DNA of 64,000 bases from a virus, in IMG/VR virus record IMGVR_UViG_3300033553_000165, positions 32,897 to 96,896 of that record; one strand, given 5' to 3'. The notes under the pieces were generated by a model, which saw nothing but the letters and a program-made list of their open reading frames with translations, searched no databases and had not been told where the DNA came from. Below are positions 55,587 through 63,746 of this stretch, one piece after another (within the stretch, counting starts at the first letter, position 1; the number at the start of each line of letters is the position of its first letter). Position numbers and translations under genes: made by a program.

Positions 55587-57060
55587 TAAATTTTAGGATT
55601 TCAAGTGCTTTTTGAATACTATCTACATCAGCCTGATCCGTCCAAGTTCCTTTCACTAAATACCGCTTAACTTCGTCTTTCCAATCTTCTTTTGGTCCGA
55701 AGGCTTGAATAGCAATACTTGGATTGTTATCGTGATCCTCATTCGCTTCTTCAATTGCCCGTTTCTTATTAATAGCTTCCATCATAGTTCTAGAAGTAAA
55801 CCTTCCTGGATCAATGCTATCGATATTGTCTGAGATTATTTCAAAAACGTCTTCTCTTTCTTCTTGATCTTCGGTCTTATCGTCCAAACGGTCAATACCC
55901 GTAAAGTCAAATTTATGACGAAGGTTTCCGATAAATTGTAATTGTTCTCTTTTAGTGAAATTTATATCCTTCTTAATCGCTCTGGAATAAATAGCGTTAA
56001 TGTGAGAATCTTTAGTAAGATCGTCTTGGGTCATATTCGTAAGGAATATAATTTGACCAGTAAATTCAAACGGATCAACGTTAGAACTACTGTTCATACT
56101 TACCTTACCGATTATCCTTTTACCTCCAGAAGCTGTAGCCTTTTTCATTATACCTCTACAATCCTTTTCTGTAAGAACGTTATCCGTATCATCGAAAAGA
56201 ATTACTTTCCCGTTGTGTTGTTGTAGGATTTGTAAAAGCTGAGAAGGGGAAGCAACTTCACCTACTTCTGCGTAATCATAATCTCCATCTCCTGGTTCGT
56301 GTTCAGTCGAGTCAAAAGGACGCTTTCCTCTAATTTCCGCAACTAAGTGAAAGTTGTAAGATTTACCTACACCCGCACCACCCGATGCAATCATCAGTGG
56401 AGAATCGCTTCTTAGGAAACGGGAATACGTTTTATTAAGGTCAAAAATTTCTTGTTGTGGCGGAACGTAATGGGGCATCGAAGTTTTCATCTTATGGATG
56501 AATTGATCGGCAGCAATACGTTGTCTTTTAGTTTTTAATCCTCCGAATTTCTTTTTAATGAAATCAGGATTATCCCATTCTTCCATTTCTTCAAGTAATT
56601 CTTCATCATCCAAAATATCTTGAATACCTTGTCCGGAAGGAGCGGAAGTAGCAGCGGCAGGTGGTGGAGTTGTTCCGTCGCCCATAGCGTCTATCATTTT
56701 TCCATAACGACCAGTCTTCAAATCAATATCAGAAACATCCTCATCTCTACTTACTAATTCGTCGTAAGCAGCTTGCCTTAATTCCGGAGCATTTCCTGGT
56801 TTGTTAGCATATTCCTTTAAGGTTTTTACGTCTTTCTTTTTCAAAACTCCAAGAAGTTTAGACATATTAGAACCTCCACCTGAAGTCTTTTTTGAAGCCT
56901 TAGAAGATGCTTGTTTTCTCCAGTCAAACTTTCCAGGTTTATATTCCGTCCAAACTAAAGTGTCGCCGTGTTTATCAACTCTAGTATCTCCTACTTGTCG
57001 AGTCGCAGCTTTTGAAATGATATCGCCTAATGCTTCAGACGCTTTTTGGTTACTTTCCAT
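55579..57060 (-). CDS. AAA+ ATPase with N-terminal extension
   Basis: SGGAGVGKS (Walker A), ILFDDTD (Walker B), IIFLTN (sensor 1), AIYSR (Arg finger). Confidence 0.85.
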   Translation of the reverse strand: MESNQKASEALGDIISKAATRQVGDTRVDKHGDTLVWTEYKPGKFDWRKQASSKASKKTSGGGSNMSKLLGVLKKKDVKTLKEYANKPGNAPELRQAAYDELVSRDEDVSDIDLKTGRYGKMIDAMGDGTTPPPAAATSAPSGQGIQDILDDEELLEEMEEWDNPDFIKKKFGGLKTKRQRIAADQFIHKMKTSMPHYVPPQQEIFDLNKTYSRFLRSDSPLMIASGGAGVGKSYNFHLVAEIRGKRPFDSTEHEPGDGDYDYAEVGEVASPSQLLQILQQHNGKVILFDDTDNVLTEKDCRGIMKKATASGGKRIIGKVSMNSSSNVDPFEFTGQIIFLTNMTQDDLTKDSHINAIYSRAIKKDINFTKREQLQFIGNLRHKFDFTGIDRLDDKTEDQEEREDVFEIISDNIDSIDPGRFTSRTMMEAINKKRAIEEANEDHDNNPSIAIQAFGPKEDWKDEVKRYLVKGTWTDQADVDSIQKALEILKFNE

Positions 57061-57099
57061 TATCTTGAAAATTTTATCGTTTACTTATCATAATAGCTG

Positions 57100-58515
57100 T
57101 TAATCACTCATCCAGTGAGGCATCTCATCATATTTAAAATGAGATGTCATAATTTTTACCGCCTCATCTTGAATCTTCTTAGTTGATTTTCCAACTTCCA
57201 GCTGCTTTATTAAACTTTGGGCATTTACAACCTCCAAAAGTAATTGCATATTCAAGTTCGGATTTAACAAATCTTTAGCTAACTCAAAATTATGCCTTAT
57301 ATCCTTCTTAAATTTCTTCGGACACATTTCCTTAGCTTTATTAAGATACTCCCCAAATTCGGCTGGAGTAGAATCGTACGGAATGTATATCGCCTTTAAG
57401 TCACGGAAAATAAAATCTTCCTCAACTACATCTTTCCGATAATTTCTAAGAACGGGATAACAACCGTTAATTATTGCTTCAATTATAAACCCGTTGAGAT
57501 GTGTATTTACAAATTTAGCGTAATGGGTACTGAAGGATGGGTCAATGGCAAACTTGGAATTTCTGAGTAAGAAATTAACTTCCTCATTACTTATCAACCC
57601 CAAATATTCCATACCGTGTTCTTCCGCTCTCGTCCAAAGACTTTTTCCTACGTCTTTTTTTAAACAGTCCGGATCAGTCTTAACCGAAACGGTATATTTA
57701 GGCTTTTGTTTTTCTACATTATCCGTCATCATATAATAGAGCTCAATCCCACTTCCAGCTACCATAGTCGTCGCCTTAAACAAATAAGGAACCGCTGAAA
57801 CTAAATCTTCCATCCGCTTCATAGATTTAAAAATATGAGCAGCGAAAAAATCTACCGACCTTTCTTCCATACCTAAAAATGGAGTTGTATTTTCGTCGTC
57901 AATATAGCGTGAGTCTAAATTAAGAAGTCTGGGGATATCAAAAACCTTACACGCCTCATAACTTGTAATATGTACACATTCAAAAAACTTAATCTTGGAC
58001 TTTAATAAATTCGTCCAACTATTTCGCATATCATAATACCCGTCGTGTATTGTAAGAACTTGTTTAATACTCTCAGGAATTTCAAAATAACGGTGCCACC
58101 AATTAAACCCTTTCGCTTCGCTGGTCTTAGTTGGTACGAAACTCCATATAATAAGGTCAACCCCCTCTAAGGCTTTATTCCAATAGTCTAAACCCGTTTC
58201 TTCATTCAAACACGCTATCCTATTGGTATTCGGTTTCAATAACCAACCATAGTAAGAATTAAACCAATATCCCGTTATCTCAGATTTGGCGTAACCTCCA
58301 TTTTGACTTTTTATTTCTAAGCTGTCTTGAAAGTCTCCGGATTCTAATTTCTCTAATTTCTTATCATATTGATTTTCCGGAATACTATTTACATAATCCA
58401 ATATGATAATATCTACGTCGTGACCTAAATCCTGAAGTGCCTTAAATTTAGCTTCGATGTGAGCAACGATGCCTCCATATTTTGCAATAGCAAATGTAGC
58501 GAATCTTATTTTCAT
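57100..58515 (-). CDS. GT-B fold glycosyltransferase (GT4-like)
   Basis: YGGIVAH...LQDLGHDV; KSMKR; AGSG; YLGLIS; IDPS; IIEAIINGCYPV. Confidence 0.85.
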   Translation of the reverse strand: MKIRFATFAIAKYGGIVAHIEAKFKALQDLGHDVDIIILDYVNSIPENQYDKKLEKLESGDFQDSLEIKSQNGGYAKSEITGYWFNSYYGWLLKPNTNRIACLNEETGLDYWNKALEGVDLIIWSFVPTKTSEAKGFNWWHRYFEIPESIKQVLTIHDGYYDMRNSWTNLLKSKIKFFECVHITSYEACKVFDIPRLLNLDSRYIDDENTTPFLGMEERSVDFFAAHIFKSMKRMEDLVSAVPYLFKATTMVAGSGIELYYMMTDNVEKQKPKYTVSVKTDPDCLKKDVGKSLWTRAEEHGMEYLGLISNEEVNFLLRNSKFAIDPSFSTHYAKFVNTHLNGFIIEAIINGCYPVLRNYRKDVVEEDFIFRDLKAIYIPYDSTPAEFGEYLNKAKEMCPKKFKKDIRHNFELAKDLLNPNLNMQLLLEVVNAQSLIKQLEVGKSTKKIQDEAVKIMTSHFKYDEMPHWMSD

Positions 58516-59174
58516 TTCTTGGTATAAAATTCTTCAGGTAATTTTTTATCAATATAACCTTTCTCAAAAAATAATAAGCTTCTTTGGGTTTTGTATATTT
58601 CATAAGCGGCATCAAATTTTAGCTTATGATTTTCTTCGTTGAAATAAAGTTCCGGCTCAGATAGTCCGTGGGTGAATTCTTCCATAGAACCTTTAGCCTT
58701 CACTTTGTAGCTATGAGGAAAATCTCTATAAAATACGTCCGCATATTTTTGAGTAGTAAACCTAACGAACCAATGCATTGGATGCCCTATTCCTAAGCAA
58801 ACAACTATCTCATAATTTCGCTTTTTATATTTCTTCACTATGCTAATTATGTCTCTCCCTAATTCCGACATAAACTTTCCGCCAAACCTATGATCAAGCG
58901 TTTTCATACTATCTTCTACATTAAACTTTTTAAAATTCAGTTCCTTATAGTAAGTGTAATATGAATTGTCCTCAAATTCAACGTTAGAATTTATGTATTC
59001 GTCTATTCCAAAAAGGTCGCATAGTATTTCATCTTCCAGCGCTCTTTTTTCATTACGCTCAACTGTGAATAAAGTAACCTTACCATAATCTTCCCTGTTG
59101 AATAGGTATCGGGACGCACTAAATAATACGTCGTCTGAGTGCGGCTGGATAAGCAGCAAATTCTTTTTAGCCAT
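58512..59174 (-). CDS. PIG-L/LmbE-family de-N-acetylase
   Basis: LIQPHSDD, RALED, GIGHPMH, FYRDFPH, K..A...YKTQ; ATGA-coupled to the glycosyltransferase. Confidence 0.82.
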   Translation of the reverse strand: MAKKNLLLIQPHSDDVLFSASRYLFNREDYGKVTLFTVERNEKRALEDEILCDLFGIDEYINSNVEFEDNSYYTYYKELNFKKFNVEDSMKTLDHRFGGKFMSELGRDIISIVKKYKKRNYEIVVCLGIGHPMHWFVRFTTQKYADVFYRDFPHSYKVKAKGSMEEFTHGLSEPELYFNEENHKLKFDAAYEIYKTQRSLLFFEKGYIDKKLPEEFYTKK

Positions 59175-59187
59175 CTAATTTTAATTT

Positions 59188-60090
59188 TTACGTTATTTTA
59201 ATCTTAACTTTGGACTTCCTTTTTACTCCGTGAGTGTTTCTTGTAATTACAAAACGCTTCTTAGCATTATCCCATTTAGAATCTGGAGGAATAACGTGTA
59301 AAATTGAACGAGCCCAAGGATGAGCAGGACCAACGACTGGGTCTTGATCTTTCTTTCCGATATTATTTCCGTTAGCTAATAAATCATCTAATCTATAAAT
59401 AACAGGCTTGTCTCCTGGTTTGCCGTAATTTTCTTCACAGTGTTTACAAACTCCTGGAAAGGTTTGTTTATAAACTTCAACATCTGGTCCGTAAGTATCT
59501 AATAATTCTTGAGCTCTTCCGAAGGCATATGCTTCTTGTAAAACAAAATCCGCTATTCTGGAGAAGTCTCTAGCCCAATCTTCAGTGAGATGTCTGAGTT
59601 CGGATGCTAATTGTTGACTCGTCCAACCCTTATCAAAACCCTCTATAGATTTTTTCTTAACTGCCGCTGTAATCTTTTTACGTTTACTGACCGAAGCTGT
59701 TAGGATTCTATTTGATAGATTGCTCTTCATTTTATTACCTAATCCGGCAAGATCAGTGAAGGCTCTATTTTTTATATAAGCCAACCCCTCAGTTTTTGTA
59801 ACGCTATTTGGTTGATTTAATCTTTCTTTGAAGAATTTCTCGAAGTTCTTATTGGTAACTTTAAATGACTTCAAACCTCCTAAAGATTGAGCCATCATAC
59901 CAAAATAATATGCCCGATCAACTTCGGACATAAAGGTATCAAAATCATCTGGGTCTACCCCATAAGACTTTAGAAGCATAATTTGGTAAGGAGATAGGTA
60001 TTCTAAACCTAATTGTGAGCCTATGAATACCGCTTGATTCTTATCTATGATCTCAAGTATTTTCCATATCTGACTAATACTAAAATTCAT
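59188..60090 (-). CDS. MuF/gp7-like head morphogenesis protein
   Basis: DW.RDF.RIA, CKHC, GPAHPWAR (variant of HPxCR). Confidence 0.7.
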   Translation of the reverse strand: MNFSISQIWKILEIIDKNQAVFIGSQLGLEYLSPYQIMLLKSYGVDPDDFDTFMSEVDRAYYFGMMAQSLGGLKSFKVTNKNFEKFFKERLNQPNSVTKTEGLAYIKNRAFTDLAGLGNKMKSNLSNRILTASVSKRKKITAAVKKKSIEGFDKGWTSQQLASELRHLTEDWARDFSRIADFVLQEAYAFGRAQELLDTYGPDVEVYKQTFPGVCKHCEENYGKPGDKPVIYRLDDLLANGNNIGKKDQDPVVGPAHPWARSILHVIPPDSKWDNAKKRFVITRNTHGVKRKSKVKIKIT

Positions 60091-60316
60091 CGCTTTGTAC
60101 TAATTTTAAAATTTCGAGTGCTGATTTCGCCGCAACCTCTTTTCCGTATTTTTCTTGAAAGCTATCCAGGAAACCTTGAAAAACAGGCTCGTTTTCTTCC
60201 TTTACGTGCCTGTTCTGTTTCATCTTATAGGATTGCTCAATTAGCTTCTGATTCTGCCTTAGCGTCTTCGCATCGAGCTGCTCCCTATCGGTTTTCTCTT
60301 CTTTCTTTTTAGTCAT
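60080..60316 (-). CDS. Hypothetical protein
   Basis: ORF track; coupled overlaps. Confidence 0.6.
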   Translation of the reverse strand: MTKKKEEKTDREQLDAKTLRQNQKLIEQSYKMKQNRHVKEENEPVFQGFLDSFQEKYGKEVAAKSALEILKLVQSDEF

Positions 60317-60317
60317 C

Positions 60318-60914
60318 CTAATACTTTACGAAGATATCCTTTTTTAACGACATTTCAAATACATTCAAAGTATTGTAACTCGCTTCAAGTTGATATCCCT
60401 TTTTATTTCTAACACCTATCTCCGGACCAATACCTGTTTCGCCATTTCCGGACGAAACTCCTAATCCCGCAGATAAGGCAAATTTAGGCTTTTTTTCGTA
60501 GATTTTAGTGATTGTTCTTTCTTCGTAAGTTACCTCATCTAAAACCAACGACCAGTTCTTTCCTAAGTAGAAACCTTGAACCGAATCTTGAATCCTTAAA
60601 GTTCCTCTATCAAAAGCATAGGTGGTATCATAAACCCTGGTTCTGAAATCGGATAAAACTCTCTCAAGTCTCAACTTATCATTTTTCAACTGAGCAATCA
60701 TTGCTAAATATTTCGGGTCGGTCTTATAAACCAATTTCGGTACAAGTAAAGTATCTATAATGTTTATAGTGTCCGCTTTAATAGTTTTAATAACTACCAA
60801 GGTGTCAACTTTTACGGGTTGTTCGTCGTCAAAGTGACCACCTGTTCCGCAACTCTTAAAAAGTAATAGGACTAATAATGCCCCGACGATTATGTATGCT
60901 AGCGCTGTTTTCAT
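60318..60914 (-). CDS. Spanin-like lysis accessory protein
   Basis: N-terminal TM/lipobox-like ...LLLFKSC, short coiled coil, C-terminal beta strands; TAATG-coupled to the endolysin. Confidence 0.5.
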   Translation of the reverse strand: MKTALAYIIVGALLVLLLFKSCGTGGHFDDEQPVKVDTLVVIKTIKADTINIIDTLLVPKLVYKTDPKYLAMIAQLKNDKLRLERVLSDFRTRVYDTTYAFDRGTLRIQDSVQGFYLGKNWSLVLDEVTYEERTITKIYEKKPKFALSAGLGVSSGNGETGIGPEIGVRNKKGYQLEASYNTLNVFEMSLKKDIFVKY

Positions 60915-61603
60915 TATATACTGATTTTATATTCACGTTTGTAGTTTAGACCTTTCCAGACCTCAAATTCATCATTACGACGGAATTGTAAACCTCTAAG
61001 GTAAACCCCTCCGGCAGTAACGTATTTTGTAGTAAACCAATTTTTTATTTCCGATTCACTAGCACGTTCATTCACTAATTTATACATCGTTGAAGAAAAT
61101 CCGCAATTATATGCGTGACTTACTAATGCATCAAATTGATTTTGAGAAACTTCTACTTTTAATCTTTTCAGAACCCCCTTACCTTTTTCCTTGGCAGTCT
61201 TTTCTAAATCAGCGTCGGCTTCTTCTATCGTATGTATTCTGGCGAAAGGTAGAACCGATTCCAAAGTAGGATATTTGTCCACTTTCATCATTTTACCTTT
61301 AGAGTCCCGCATAACGCTTCCCCAACCTTCAGTCCAAATTCCAATTGGATCAAGTTTAGGTTGTAATCCGATCTTGCTTAAATCTCCATCATGTAAAGAT
61401 TCAAACTCCTTTATAAATTCCAAGATTTCTCTAGATGGTTCCATTTCCTTTTCCTCTATTGTTTTAAGTATTTCTACAACCGCCTTTTCAGCGTCTTCTT
61501 CTTTTACATTTTTGATAATTTCAAGAATTACCATATTTATATCTTTCCTTTCAATCGGCTTCTTCATAAAGATCACCGATATTAACCATTTTAAAATTTT
61601 CAT
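60914..61603 (-). CDS. Endolysin, GH24 lysozyme
   Basis: IKEFE...DPIGIWTEGWG, QNQFDALVS.AYNCG, AGGVYLRGLQFRRNDE. Confidence 0.9.
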   Translation of the reverse strand: MKILKWLISVIFMKKPIERKDINMVILEIIKNVKEEDAEKAVVEILKTIEEKEMEPSREILEFIKEFESLHDGDLSKIGLQPKLDPIGIWTEGWGSVMRDSKGKMMKVDKYPTLESVLPFARIHTIEEADADLEKTAKEKGKGVLKRLKVEVSQNQFDALVSHAYNCGFSSTMYKLVNERASESEIKNWFTTKYVTAGGVYLRGLQFRRNDEFEVWKGLNYKREYKISI

Positions 61604-61605
61604 AT

Positions 61606-61908
61606 CTATTTTCTTTTTCTACTTTCCTTATGTATAATATGCACACAAACCAAACCTATTCCAGCCAGTAATAACGCATTGATTAAAGCTATAACCGTAA
61701 ATCCTTCAGAATACCCCGTTAAAATTCTTCCTGCCGAATTAAAAAAGAATAAACCAATACTAAAAAACAGAGTGCTGAGACTAAGTCTAATTTTGTTGTT
61801 AATTTCCCGTTGTAGGAAAATAATAAAAAAATAAAATATGAATAGTGACCCGACTATTGAGTACCCCCATATTATAACGTCTTCTAAGGTAATTTCCAGT
61901 AAATTCAT
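61606..61908 (-). CDS. Holin-like 3-TM membrane protein
   Basis: Three hydrophobic segments, basic C-terminus, directly before the endolysin. Confidence 0.55.
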   Translation of the reverse strand: MNLLEITLEDVIIWGYSIVGSLFIFYFFIIFLQREINNKIRLSLSTLFFSIGLFFFNSAGRILTGYSEGFTVIALINALLLAGIGLVCVHIIHKESRKRK

Positions 61909-61920
61909 TTTTAAATTATT

Positions 61921-62376
61921 TTAATTAGGGTTTGGATCATTTTGGTTTTTATTATCTGAGTTATTAACTACTCTTTTAAGAATTGACATTACACCGCTCC
62001 AAAATCCTTTCGCAAAATCTTCTTGCGCTTCGTTTGAAACAATAAATTTAAAAGTTCTATAACTGACTAAACTGGCAACGATGGTTGCCGCCATTCTGGT
62101 TCCGAGATTCACCCAAGCTGCAACTACAAAGTAAGTAATAACTGCGCCCACCACGCTCGTGATAAACCCCAAAAACCAATCGGATGCCTTAACTGCAGTT
62201 TTTGGATCTGAAACTTGGATAAACATCGCACCGAAGTAACTGATTATAAAAAGAACAATTAATATTTTATGCTCAAAATTGAGTTCAAGAATCATATCAC
62301 AATATTTTTTAAAATTTATCGAAGTATATTCACTAAGATTATACCTGTTATTGTTAATTATCTTAAACTCGTACAT
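61921..62376 (-). CDS. Holin-like membrane protein
   Basis: Three TM segments, polar tail; the true start may be internal (MILEL...). Confidence 0.55.
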   Translation of the reverse strand: MYEFKIINNNRYNLSEYTSINFKKYCDMILELNFEHKILIVLFIISYFGAMFIQVSDPKTAVKASDWFLGFITSVVGAVITYFVVAAWVNLGTRMAATIVASLVSYRTFKFIVSNEAQEDFAKGFWSGVMSILKRVVNNSDNKNQNDPNPN

Positions 62377-62417
62377 CTTTAAACTTTCTTAACTTCAATC
62401 GCTAAGCAGTATTTGCC

Positions 62418-62888
62418 TTAGAAGTGTTTGTGGGATTCGTTATGCTTTTTAGGATTTTTTATTATATCGAAATAATGGTCGTAAAAATATCCGTGGTTAA
62501 TTGGGTTGGAATACATATGCCGAAGTCCTGACCATTTAAATTCGCTCATTATACTTAGACCGCAAAAGGGGCAATGATTTACTCGGAGGTGATGTCCTAT
62601 TTCGTGTGCTAAATTTCTTCGGATTTCCCAGTCTCTATTAAAGGATTCTTCGTCTAATTCAATAGTACAAACGTTTCCCCAGTATCTATGCTCATTTACT
62701 CCTCTATTTAGAACTAAAATAGAATCTATTTCAGATAACTCAGCCCTAAGATTTAACCCCCTTAAACCAGCTTCTATTAAGTATTCTGATAGAAGGGGAT
62801 AAACCCTTTCAGGATCATTTGTATGGGGCAATTGAGCCTGACTGCTTAAACTAAAAAACAAGACTACCGTGAAAAGTAGCCTTGTCAT
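62418..62888 (-). CDS. Secreted zinc metallopeptidase (metzincin-like)
   Basis: Signal peptide; HEIGHHLRVNH...SIM (HExxHxxxxxH plus Met-turn). Confidence 0.75.
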   Translation of the reverse strand: MTRLLFTVVLFFSLSSQAQLPHTNDPERVYPLLSEYLIEAGLRGLNLRAELSEIDSILVLNRGVNEHRYWGNVCTIELDEESFNRDWEIRRNLAHEIGHHLRVNHCPFCGLSIMSEFKWSGLRHMYSNPINHGYFYDHYFDIIKNPKKHNESHKHF

Positions 62889-63232
62889 CTTAGTTCGTGT
62901 TTTGCCTTTAGTAAGTTTATGTTATCATAGGTCTGCTTAACGCTTTCCGTGAAGTCTAAAACTATCGCTTTCTTTTCGGTGCATTTCCCGCAATCTTGAA
63001 GTCTTGCGAAGAATGTATATTCAAATCCTTTTTGAAGCTTCGCATCAGAACTTATTTCAAACGTGTAGATTTTATTCCTACTTATTAAAAAAGTTACTTC
63101 TGGACTTGTAAATTTAACGGTCGCATCGAATTGAGTGACCTTATCTTCAAAAGTTTCAGCTTGGTTATCCGTAACCTGCGCAAAACTAACGTTGAAGAAT
63201 AAAACAGCTAAAACAATTAAGAGATTTTTCAT
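62885..63232 (-). CDS. Exported hypothetical protein
   Basis: Signal peptide MKNLLIVLAVLFFNVSFA|Q; CGKC. Confidence 0.65.
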   Translation of the reverse strand: MKNLLIVLAVLFFNVSFAQVTDNQAETFEDKVTQFDATVKFTSPEVTFLISRNKIYTFEISSDAKLQKGFEYTFFARLQDCGKCTEKKAIVLDFTESVKQTYDNINLLKAKHELR

Positions 63233-63276
63233 TACAGTTAAGGTTTTCTTAACTAATAATTGTAACCAGATAAATG

Positions 63277-63669
63277 TTAGGCTTTCTTCTTCATCAGACC
63301 ATCAACAATTGCAGTTGCGGCTCCAACTAAAGAAGCTGCCGTAACTTCTGCCAAACTTGAACCAGCTAAGATTTCAATGAAACCTTTTGTGAAGGGCAAA
63401 TAAGAAAGAAGAAGGTAAATTGCAATCGCTATTGCATTTGTAATCGCAAAAGGAATCATTTTAGTAGAAAGAAAAATTCCAAATTCCCAAGTTCCGGCTT
63501 TTAAATGCTTAACGGTGTCCGACCATAAAACCAACGCACTCATTGCGATAGATGGAAGGAAGAAGGATTTAATAGCACTGAATGATGGGTCAAGTTCTAC
63601 AACCGCTTCTTGAGCGAAAACTGATACGACCGTAAAAAACGTGACGAGTAATAAAATTGATTTTTTCAT
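63277..63669 (-). CDS. Membrane protein with signal peptide
   Basis: MKKSILLLVTFFTVVSVFA|Q followed by hydrophobic segments. Confidence 0.65.
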   Translation of the reverse strand: MKKSILLLVTFFTVVSVFAQEAVVELDPSFSAIKSFFLPSIAMSALVLWSDTVKHLKAGTWEFGIFLSTKMIPFAITNAIAIAIYLLLSYLPFTKGFIEILAGSSLAEVTAASLVGAATAIVDGLMKKKA

Positions 63670-63746
63670 AATTAAAATTTAAAGGTTTGTCTTTCGAAGC
63701 TAATAGTTGAAAGCTTAATTTTAAGTATTTTGCAAATAAGATATCG

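Noticed and set aside
247-63344. All + strand ORFs in the track (e.g. poly-Ser 12895..13383)
   Set aside because: They are antisense shadows of minus-strand genes; the S/F/L-rich composition mirrors E/K codons and they carry no motifs.
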